A stretch of DNA of 64,000 nucleotides, taken from NCBI GenBank assembly GCA_964016885.1, contig OZ024742.1, positions 273,792,001 to 273,856,000 on the forward strand. Direction: 5' to 3'. The position numbers were made by a program, and so were the translations under genes. This document shows, piece by piece, positions 26,725 through 39,620 of this stretch. How positions within the stretch are numbered: position 1 is the stretch's first letter; each line of letters begins with the position of its first letter. The notes under the pieces were generated by a model. It did no database searches. It saw nothing but the letters and a program-made list of their open reading frames with translations, and had not been told where the DNA came from. This DNA is from Eledone cirrhosa. Lineage: Eukaryota.

Positions 26725-29326
26725 TTCCCTTGCTTTTATCGAGAATCTAATTGTAATACGTGACGTATTCTATTCTATAGCGATTAGGTCTTCAAAATGT
26801 TTATTATAAACATACAGAATATTTTCGAATATTCTATGTCTATATTCACATATATATCGCTATTTCAGAGCATTTATTCCAATTTCTAATTTCTGCCGGA
26901 CCGGCAACCGCTCTTTCAAACCAGTTCCTGTACACAGCTAAGTATTCTATAAGTCTCTAGCTGTGTCATTCTCGATAAAAGCACTGGATATGTAGTCCTG
27001 ATGATTTCTAACAAGAATGAAACGCGTAGATTACTTCCCTTGCTTTTATCGAGAATCTAATTGTAATACGTGACGTATTCTATTCTATAGCGATTAGGTC
27101 TTCAAAATGTTTATTATAAACATACAGAATATTTTCGAATATTCTATGTCTATATTCACATATATATCGCTATTTCAGAGCATTTATTCCAATTTCTAAT
27201 TTCTGCCGGACCGGCAACCGCTCTTTCAAACCAGTTCCTGTACACAGCTAAGTATTCTATAAGTCTCTAGCTGTGTCATTCTCGATAAAAGCACTGGATA
27301 TGTAGTCCTGATGATTTCTAACAAGAATGAAACGCGTAGATTACTTCCCTTGCTTTTATCGAGAATCTAATTGTAATACGTGACGTATTCTATTCTATAG
27401 CGATTAGGTCTTCAAAATGTTTATTATAAACATACAGAATATTTTCGAATATTCTATGTCTATATTCACATATATATCGCTATTTCAGAGCATTTATTCC
27501 AATTTCTAATTTCTGCCGGACCGGCAACCGCTCTTTCAAACCACTTCCTGTACACAGCTAAGTATTCTATAAGTCTCTAGCTGTGTCATTCTCGATAAAA
27601 GCACTGGATATGTAGTCCTGATGATTTCTAACAAGAATGAAACGCGTAGATTACTTCCCTTGCTTTTATCGAGAATCTAATTGTAATACGTGACGTATTC
27701 TATTCTATAGCGATTAGGTCTTCAAAATGTTTATTATAAACATACAGAATATTTTCGAATATTCTATGTCTATATTCACATATATATCGCTATTTCAGAG
27801 CATTTATTCCAATTTCTAATTTCTGCCGGACCGGCAACCGCTCTTTCAAACCAGTTCCTGTACACAGCTAAGTATTCTATAAGTCTCTAGCTGTGTCATT
27901 CTCGATAAAAGCACTGGATATGTAGTCCTGATGATTTCTAACAAGAATGAAACGCGTAGATTACTTCCCTTGCTTTTATCGAGAATCTAATTGTAATACG
28001 TGACGTATTCTATTCTATAGCGATTAGGTCTTCAAAATGTTTATTATAAACATACAGAATATTTTCGAATATTCTATGTCTATATTCACATATATATCGC
28101 TATTTCAGAGCATTTATTCCAATTTCTAATTTCTGCCGGACCGGCAACCGCTCTTTCAAACCAGTTCCTGTACACAGCTAAGTATTCTATAAGTCTCTAG
28201 CTGTGTCATTCTCGATAAAAGCACTGGATATGTAGTCCTGATGATTTCTAACAAGAATGAAACGCGTAGATTACTTCCCTTGCTTTTATCGAGAATCTAA
28301 TTGTAATACGTGACGTATTCTATTCTATAGCGATTAGGTCTTCAAAATGTTTATTATAAACATACAGAATATTTTCGAATATTCTATGTCTATATTCACA
28401 TATATATCGCTATTTCAGAGCATTTATTCCAATTTCTAATTTCTGCCGGACCGGCAACCGCTCTTTCAAACCAGTTCCTGTACACAGCTAAGTATTCTAT
28501 AAGTCTCTAGCTGTGTCATTCTCGATAAAAGCACTGGATATGTAGTCCTGATGATTTCTAACAAGAATGAAACGCGTAGATTACTTCCCTTGCTTTTATC
28601 GAGAATCTAATTGTAATACGTGACGTATTCTATTCTATAGCGATTAGGTCTTCAAAATGTTTATTATAAACATACAGAATATTTTCGAATATTCTATGTC
28701 TATATTCACATATATATCGCTATTTCAGAGCATTTATTCCAATTTCTAATTTCTGCCGGACCGGCAACCGCTCTTTCAAACCAGTTCCTGTACACAGCTA
28801 AGTATTCTATAAGTCTCTAGCTGTGTCATTCTCGATAAAAGCACTGGATATGTAGTCCTGATGATTTCTAACAAGAATGAAACGCGTAGATTACTTCCCT
28901 TGCTTTTATCGAGAATCTAATTGTAATACGTGACGTATTCTATTCTATAGCGATTAGGTCTTCAAAATGTTTATTATAAACATACAGAATATTTTCGAAT
29001 ATTCTATGTCTATATTCACATATATATCGCTATTTCAGAGCATTTATTCCAATTTCTAATTTCTGCCGGACCGGCAACCGCTCTTTCAAACCAGTTCCTG
29101 TACACAGCTAAGTATTCTATAAGTCTCTAGCTGTGTCATTCTCGATAAAAGCACTGGATATGTAGTCCTGATGATTTCTAACAAGAATGAAACGCGTAGA
29201 TTACTTCCCTTGCTTTTATCGAGAATCTAATTGTAATACGTGACGTATTCTATTCTATAGCGATTAGGTCTTCAAAATGTTTATTATAAACATACAGAAT
29301 ATTTTCGAATATTCTATGTCTATATT

Positions 29327-29367
<41 letters not shown>

Positions 29368-29371
<4 letters not shown>

Positions 29372-30078
29372 GGAGGCTTAGTAAAATCGAATCTTTGGCG
29401 GTGTGAAAGCAAGTTCGACCTACTATATGAATGAGTTAGCAAAGCACTCGCTAAGTTAGATCCTTAGAGTAATAACATACGTTTAAATAGCTTTACAAAT
29501 TGAACATTGTGGTAGGCAAAATCTAACACACAATACCAAAGTAACGAAAGAACTAACAGTTTGAGAAAAAATACACCTGGACAAATCAAACGATATACGT
29601 TTAATGTGTTTCTATGAAATCGAAATCAAATATCAGACTTACGTAACTGGCAAGCTCGTGGTATTCATGATCGAACAGAGGATTCATTTCATCAATAGGA
29701 TTTCGTTCTACCAAAGAACGGGGCGAAATACCAAATGTTGCAGCTAGCAGCAGCGAATCGTACATTTAGTTGTCACGTGTTATTTCCAACAAGGGAAATA
29801 ACCCCCGGTTTTTGGCAGGTCATTCAAAGTGTTAGACAACGGAAATATTATAATTTCCGCTCACTTTCAGAATAAGCTCTCGACCAGATGTTATTAAACA
29901 AACACAAATAATTAACCAATCAACAGAATTGACTAATTAAATTAATTAGTTAATTATTAAATCTAGGAGAAAATAATATAATTGGAGGCTTAGTAAAATC
30001 GAATTTTTGGCTTTGTGCAAGCAAATTCGACCTACTATATGAATGAGTTAGCAAAGCACTCGACAAGGTAGGTCCTTA
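29368..30078. repeat. ~612-bp unit with a ~100-bp terminal direct repeat, in TA context
   Basis: AATTGGAGGCTTAGTAAAATCGAAT...TCCTTA at 29368-29467 and 29980-30078. Confidence 0.75.
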
Positions 30079-30084
30079 TATATA

Positions 30085-30227
30085 TAGAAGTTGTAACACA
30101 ACAGTTAGATCACCATACCGAGAACACTTGTTTCACTTTCTTAGCGGATCTTCAGCTCGTACTTCTACCAAACTCGTCCCATCGACTGAGTACTCTACCA
30201 TTACGGATATTACCTTCCAGTGTTCTA

Positions 30228-30230
<3 letters not shown>
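30085..30230 (-). mobile_element. Solo PLE pLTR fragment (same family as 54943-57201) with hammerhead at 30119-30159
   Basis: Reverse complement CGAG CTGAAGA TCCGCTAAGAAAGT GAAA CAAGTG TT CTCG; 30160-30230 matches 57131-57200. Confidence 0.75.
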
Positions 30231-30305
<75 letters not shown>

Positions 30306-31092
30306 GAGCATTGATATTTCTTTTCGCCAATGTATTTTGTCTTTACGTTGATTAAAACAAATAAACAATTTTCTCAATTGATTTTTGATAAAATAATCTT
30401 GATGTTGGAATTTGAAGAAGCTCTTGCAGGCTTCGCTATTTCATTTCTATAATAATATTTGTTCGTTTTATTTTAAAGAATTATTTGTTTTAACATTTCA
30501 TTAGCTTTTTTTTTTGTTCACCTTTGATATCCGATGTATATTATTTTTAGCGTGCTTTTATTTTTTATACTCTTTTTTAATATTTATATTACTCTATATA
30601 ATTTCATCATATTTGCAATACATTAATTAGTTTTGTGCAAAGTAAATATTTTCTCAGGCTTTATAATATAACGCTGTTTCTTGTGAAACGAAATATATAC
30701 TTCTTTCTTCTTTTATTCAGTGTCATATTCACTTTCAATCTAATGTTTCTTTTGTACGTCATAATTCACACACGACTAATGGATGTTACATTTTCTTTGG
30801 TTTCATTAAAGTTATTTATCTTTTCAATAAATTTCTTGCCGGAAATATAGAATTCGAAAACGCAAAAAGAAATAAGAGATAAAGGACAAAAAATAACACA
30901 TCTAGTTATGAAGGTAAACAAATAATGTTAGCAGATCAAATCGATTGATTTACATAAATATTTACCAATAGATAAGGAAAATACTCAGGAAAAAAGTTAA
31001 ATATCAACGAAATGTGTCAGAACATAACGTAGTAAAAAATAATAATTTCTTCATATTAATATGTTTCCTAATATAGGCAAAAGCACATTAAT

Positions 31093-31138
<46 letters not shown>

Positions 31139-31139
31139 A

Positions 31140-31170
<31 letters not shown>

Positions 31171-31193
31171 TGTGTAAATATCTGTATTAAATG

Positions 31194-31458
31194 TCTGTAC
31201 GTAATGTCATATTTATGGTAGTAACATATTATGTAATTCTGATGAGCCGTAATGTTTTAATATTTAGGATGAAATACACTCAAATTAAAGTGTGATATAG
31301 TTTGTAGTGTTTAGATTATTTTTCAATGAATTTATTGCTCTATACGAATTCATAACCGTTCATATTAGGATTTGATACCTTTCTATAAAATTGTATATAG
31401 CTTTGTGGTGTACGTATTAAATATCGTACATTTTAGCTGTATATCTTCTTAACCTATA
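31194..31458 (+). repeat. pLTR-like ~265-bp repeat with a degenerate hammerhead (31234-31287); inverted copy at 36182-36446
   Basis: TAATT CTGATGA...TAGGAT GAAA...AATTA; reverse-complement match visible by eye. Confidence 0.7.
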
Positions 31459-31498
31459 ATTATCTGTTATCGTATTCGAAAACATACTTTATACTTTA

Positions 31499-33570
<2,072 letters not shown>

Positions 33571-33572
33571 CG

Positions 33573-33769
33573 TGAAGAATAACATGGCCAACAGTATAAA
33601 CAAGGACGTTTATTTACAGTCTAACAATTGTTTCTATGATAGAGTTGTCTAAACACTGAAGGCAGTGGCACTCAGTGTTTAGCAATTTTTAGACAACTCT
33701 ATCATAGAAACAATTGTTAGACTGTAAATAAATGTCCTTGTTTGTACTGTTGACCATGTGATTCTTCAC
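33573..33769. repeat. Foldback with ~80-bp arms and an inner 11-bp hairpin
   Basis: GTGAAGAATAACATGG...GTTGTCTAAA pairs with TTTAGACAAC...CCATGTGATTCTTCAC. Confidence 0.9.
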
Positions 33770-34135
33770 TTTTTTAAATGTATTACTCCAAGATATACTT
33801 AAATAGGAATACAAATGAAGTCATAAACTCGTCATCCACGTAAACCTCTTGTTGAGTCACACAACGCCGTACGCTTAAACTATCCATGATAAGTAGTTCT
33901 CACAACCTCTTATCGGATTACCTTTAACGATATATTGTTATCCCCTATATATAGTATAAAGTATTATGTTTTCGAATACGAAAACAGATAATAGCAGGGG
34001 AGAATGAATGGTTCACCCAAAGCAGTTTTTTTTCTTTAAAATATAGTTTTGATTTTATTTTGTACGCAAAGTTCCTATGAAATATCAAAAGGCTGAGCAC
34101 GATCATATGTAGGGGATATAATTTTTCAACATACA

Positions 34136-35540
34136 TTTTTTTTTTTTTTGTTAAAACACTTTAGTCTTTATTGTGTTGTATCAGATGAAAGAATGGTATT
34201 TAAATAATGTATTGGTACGCGATGGTGCCCATCCACAGCCCCGGCGGACAGAATGGAGAAGGCGTTTCCCTGAAGGACGGCGAAGGGAACGCGCCGGAAA
34301 AGCCACTCCAACTCCCGAGGCTCACACCTACGGCTGGCCAGCTCAGCGCCTATGGTGGTGAGTAAGGAGGTAGCCCTGGGGCCGAGGACACCAGAAGTCT
34401 CCACTGCCAGGGGAACGACCGCAAAGCTGTCGGAGAACGACCAGTATTTGAGGAGTTTGGCCCCCTCATCCCGACGTGGTGCAGAACCTAGGTCAGTCGC
34501 AGCCTGCACTAGGTTGCGGCTGCAGAAAGTGTCGGTGCAAGTGGCATCCCAGACGAGGGGTTTGCCACCGCGGAAAGGGAAGATGGTCATGCCATCTGGC
34601 CTTTTGCTGTCCCCTCGATCCTGCCCCACCGGCTCGAGATGGGAAGGGAAGGCAGCAGCGTCCAAGCCATGCTTAATGACCTCGTCGATGGCAGCATGCG
34701 GCCGGCACTGTGGCGACAGGAAAGCGGGTGGAGGCCGAAAGAGTCCACGGTGGAAGCGCAGCAACATTGGTGTGGCTGGCAGATCCGGAGGCCGAGCCTC
34801 AGGGAAACGCCGATACGCAGGCTATGGTTGTGTAGCTGGGGAGGCCGAGGGCGAGTGGGACGAAATAGAACAGCCGCTCCCAGTCACTGGCTCGATTGGA
34901 GTCCAGGGCGCTCTCAATCGAGAAAGCGAGGGCATCAGCTACCGGCACCCGTGCCGCTCTCCGGATCCTGAGTGGGATCTTCCGGAGCCGCCTGAGCCGA
35001 GCGATGTTGACCAGTGAGGCTCGGGCGTCAGGCAAGCTCGCTGTCCCATCTGGTGGTGCGCCATACGGCCGTGGCTGGGAAGACGTGGGGAAGAGGCAAC
35101 TCCTGCACCTCCACGCTGCGAGGGTATTGGAAGCTCGACGAGTCAGGCCAACGCACGGAGGTGGTGGAAGCAGCCACACCCCAAACAGTTCCGGCCCCTC
35201 CTCCGTTTTTTAGTGGTGCCGGAAGTGCTGCAGTGGAGTGGTGGGGGATGAGGCGTGGGGCCGGGGACTGGGGCACCGAACGGCATCAGGGGTGCGTGGC
35301 TGGCGTGTTTGGGTGGAAGGGAAAGTGCTGGTAAGAGGGCAGCATAGCTCACCTATATATATGGAGGTACCAGAAAACGAGAGCGAAAAGGGGCTGCATG
35401 GAGGGGGAAACACAGGAAGGTAGAATCGCAGTAAATGAACGAGTGAATGGATGAATGTACACAAAAAAGGGGGGGGGGGACACGGGGTTGTCCCCAGAGG
35501 AAAGACCCAGAGTTCAACACGCACACATGCGAGCAACTGG
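34136..35540 (-). mobile_element. CRE-like non-LTR element lacking RT (PHD-like finger and REL endonuclease), poly(A)-tailed
   Basis: [21 protein letters not shown]...KLLKY...PLAVETSGVLG; poly(T) 34136-34149 with AATAAA on minus. 5' end approximate. Confidence 0.78.
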
Positions 35541-36181
35541 GCAGTTTGACATAGGACCTAGTGAGTGGTGGTGAGTTACTGATGCTGGGTTGGCTTCCTC
35601 TTGTTAATGGTAGAGTTGTTGTTGTTAATGACACTGTTGTCGTCGTTGCCTTCCTCTTGTTAATGGTGAAGATATCGAGCGAAATACAAAATCCACCAGC
35701 AGACAATTGTATAAAAAAAGTATCTAGAAATAAAAGTCAACATTTCTGTCTGGAATATAAAGATTTGTGTTACATTTTCGCAAACAGCGTAACGATATTC
35801 TCAGTCGACGCGCTTACAATATTTGAATATAACTGAACCGTCGTGTCATTTAATTTGAAAAGTGGAGCAAAGTAAAAGGTGAATAATGAATTTGGAGTGT
35901 CAATCCCTTGTGATTTTTTTTTTTTTTTTTCAATACCGGACTTAAAGTTTTCCAGGATTTATACTCATATTTTTTTTTTTTTCGAAAGGATGGAGGCGTT
36001 TTATCTCCTCAGACAACTGACATTACTTAATGATGTTCGTCATCTATGGCTTATTCATATGTATTATTTCATAGCTCTATAGAACTTTTAGAATGTGTGT
36101 GCAGTGTTCTGTGTCCAGCCAGGTTTGTACAACAGGTAAGAAAAATAATGATTCGGTGACGGTTCTTCTGATAGGAGCCTC

Positions 36182-36446
36182 TATAAGTTAAGAAGATATA
36201 CAGCTAAAAAGTACGAGATTTAATACGTACACCACAAAGCTATATACAATTTTATAGAAAGGTATAAAATCCTAATATGAACGGTTATGAATTCGCATAG
36301 AGCAATAAATTCATTGAAAAATGAGCAAAACACTGCAAACAATATCACATGTTAATTTGCCTGTATTACATCCTAAATATTAAAACATTATGACTCATCA
36401 GAATTACATAATATATTACTACCATAAATATGACATTACGTACAGA
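36182..36446 (-). repeat. Inverted copy of the 31194-31458 repeat
   Basis: Reverse-complement similarity, including TCATCAGAATTACATA. Confidence 0.8.
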
Positions 36447-37255
36447 AATATAATTTACCAGGATGGTTTTGTTTACATTAAAAAAAACCCGCTGCATCAT
36501 ACTATGAAATAGCGCTTACCACGTGTTTGTTTGCTAAAAATATTCACCCAGGCACGCAAACGAATAGTCTTGAATTATATGAATAATATAATCAAAATTA
36601 TAAGCAGTCCATCTTTTTTTTGCACAATAAATACAGTATACACATTAACGTTTTCAAGAACGTGAATAGGTTTCACATGCTAAATTATACACACACCACC
36701 ACACATTCTCTATTACTTTGCAATATTGGTGGTTAGAAGGCTATATGTGAAACATGTTGTATATATACATCTATCCGAATATTGCTATGTTAATCTTACT
36801 GCTAACAAATATAAGAATAGACGGCCGAATGGATGTCTTTTTTTCCGGGACAAATAATGTATAAGAGCAGATAATTTACTCTACACATCGATAACAGTTT
36901 TTGCCCAATGAACTGATCGCAAATCAATGGTAATATAATATACCTGACTATGAAGGTTTTGAATACGCAACAACGTGCAATAGGGTGCTGAATTTTTACA
37001 ACAGAATCTCGCCTTCATTCGCTGGGTCATTAATATCAAAAATACACTGAAACGGCTCCACTTAATGAGTACGACCATTACCTAATATTATGCACATAGC
37101 TGCATTTTCGGTGCACGACCATCAATTCGGTACGGTGGAAATTGTTAGAGCAGCCCTGGTTCCGTATCATCTTACCCAGAGGAAGTCGTTTAATTCGCTG
37201 TTTAACGAAAAGAAAGCACAAAATAGGAACCAAGCCTAACCAATATATATATATA

Positions 37256-37880
37256 TTAAAGAGTTAAACAAGATTCAATGAGAACATCAACGAATAAGTT
37301 TTACAGTAGATTGGAAGCACTCTACAGTTAACATTTTCCACTGTTATTAATATTAAAATATAAATATTAATAAAATAGATGTTCTTTTGATCAATTAAAT
37401 TTTATTATACATATTTCAGCGGTACAACAGTACGTCCTCATCAGACAAAATATAATGATACATGACATAACCTGAGATGTTAAATGGTTAACATTTAATC
37501 AAGGTAGTGATTAACCTATGAGAAAACTCAACATTTATACCCTAATAATGAGAAAATGCGAAAACGTAATAAATTCAATAGAATAAGAAAAACGTTGCTT
37601 TAATGTAACAGGTATAGATATTTTAAAATGTGGGATACTACAAATTATGATTATCGAGGAAGACGTCTCTGGAATTATAATTTTATTACAGTTTATGAAG
37701 GCAAGTGATAGATGATTATAGAGAGGGAGAGATAAAGGGGAATAATTTATGCAGAACATTTTTTCCCCCTTAAGGACTAAGCGGTTAAGTTTCAAAATAT
37801 TTAATTTATGTTATTTTAGGGTGAAGAATCAAAATTTTAAGTTTTTAAAAGTTGATGGTTATTTATATTTATTAATTTTA
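37256..37880 (-). mobile_element. PLE family A, 3' terminal part, hammerhead at 37399-37451
   Basis: Colinear with 60594-61260; reverse complement ATTTTGT CTGATGA GGACGTACTGTTGTACCGCT GAAA TATGTA TA ATAAAAT. Confidence 0.8.
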
Positions 37881-37896
37881 GAAATGCAACACATTT

Positions 37897-39295
37897 AAAA
37901 AGGCATAGCCTACACTTTCTATTTCCAGCTGAATATGCATTCGCATGCCGAACGATATTCCAGTTGTGATCATAGGCCTTTGTCTTTCAAGTCCCATACC
38001 AGGTCCGCCACCCTAGTAGAGTGCCTCATTTCCGGTCCTTCAAAATGTTTGTGTGGTTATACATGCTCGATTTAAAGGTCGAGGATGCGTCGATGTAGGT
38101 GCGCTTTGTGTTGTGCGTGTTAACCACACATTTATATACGAGGCCCTTCGTTAGGAAACTTCCTTGCAGAGAGCACTGTGTACCCTCTCTGCAGTTGCAC
38201 GTTCTGTCATTATATTGTTCATTTCAGACGCCTGATCTACAACGGCCCTCTCCCGATTCTGTGGGTGTTGTTCTGTCGACACGGTGGTCTGCCCATCCGC
38301 CACTCATTTCCACACGGCGTTGGGTTGTATCGTCTTCCACGGGTGTGGCGGCTGCCGCTGCGGCCGAGTTATGGTTGGAAAACCGGTCTGTAAGGGTCCT
38401 CCGGACCTGGTGTGAGAATTGAAAGTCAAAAGCACCCCATATGCCTCAACTGGAGTATCGTTCGGCATGTAAATGCATATTCGGCTGGAAATAGAAAATG
38501 TAAGCTATGCCTATCCGAGGCTCTGCCTGTCCGAGGCTATGGAGATAGTAAGACTGAAGGATAATGCGGTCAACCTCAAATCGGAAATAATCATGACGTG
38601 CAGACACCAGAGAAGGTGCACACTCTCGCAGGGAATCAACCGGGCAGACGGAGCTAAAGGCATGCGGGGAAGCGCACGCCGGCCAAAGCGGCGAAACCGG
38701 TTCAAGGGATCAGACACCATACCGTGTTGGCTATATATGCACCGTGGGGTAAGCCGACATAACGCAGGATGCCTACCCGTCTCTGCACGTCACCCTAGGC
38801 AACAACATCGCCTGAGGCTGGACAGGTTGACGCAAATTCCACTGATAATCAGTCCCGTGCCTTACACCAATAAGGCACTATACCTCACCCACTGTGACAT
38901 GCTACAGTATGGCCTGTCCACGCACCACCTGCATGTGTATCTTTTTAGTAGAGAGTGCATACTCTGCACGCATTCCATTTTGTCACACTTAATGTATTTA
39001 CCGTGTACAGACCCACGTGTGTATCTCATACTTCTCTTTCGTAACTCAGATGTATGTACTCTCTCATATGCGTAAGCGTTTCTTCTTTTTTATATATATT
39101 CTGCAAGCATTTTTCTATGTACGGTCTGCGCATACTACTTACTGTAATACCATGAACGCACATTATGTGGCTTTCCGTGAGGATTACATACGTGGATTGA
39201 TCCACGTTCGCAACGTAACAACATCTCTGTAGGCACATATAACAAGGTGCATCCTTTCATGTATAGCCCGCAGTGTATCTTTATGTGCCGTTATA
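37897..39295. mobile_element. PLE family B: GIY-YIG remnant on minus (37897-38420) plus overlapping inverted copy and UTR on plus (38446-39295)
   Basis: GLVYKCVV..RTYID..; NAYSAGNRKC in both orientations; CLSEAMEIVRLKDNAVNLKSEIIMTCRH. Confidence 0.78.
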
Positions 39296-39301
39296 TGTGA
39301 A

Positions 39302-39530
39302 GGCGCGTGGCTTAGTGGTTAGAGCATTGGGGTTGCAATCGAAAGGTTGTGAGTTCAATTCTCGGACCAGGTGATGTGTTGTTTCCTTGAGCAAGACACT
39401 TTATTTCACGTTGCTCCAGGTTACTCAGCTGTAAAAATAAGTACCGGCCTGCCCGCCCAGCCAGTGGGATGACGTAATCTTATGGCTAAAACAGCACGAC
39501 GTGCTGTGACCAGCGGCACCGATTGGCGCC
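39302..39530 (+). mobile_element. tRNA-derived SINE with CORE-like central domain
   Basis: A box TGGCTTAGTGG, B box GAGTTCAATTC, then CCTTGAGCAAGACACTT...CAGCTGTAAAAAT. Confidence 0.8.
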
Positions 39531-39568
39531 AACAGTGAAGTCGGTGAAGGTGATCAAGGTGATGTATA

Positions 39569-39617
<49 letters not shown>

Positions 39618-39620
<3 letters not shown>

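Larger units (their letters stand above)
23093..29333. repeat. 310-bp tandem array in two opposite arms (23093-26326 and ~26384-29333); each full unit carries a hammerhead (retrozyme-like)
   Basis: TTGGAATAAATG recurs every 310 bp from 23093 to 26193; reverse-complement units follow; (TA)n on both flanks; units almost identical. Confidence 0.95.

Noticed and set aside
23093-29333. CRISPR array or plain centromeric satellite
   Set aside because: No unique spacers and no cas genes; eukaryotic context; each full unit carries a hammerhead.
36105-36141. Possible microexon (CCAG...CAG|GTAAGA)
   Set aside because: Splice-like signals only; no supporting frame or neighbouring exons.
39302-39372. 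tRNA gene
   Set aside because: Imperfect cloverleaf that runs into a SINE body.
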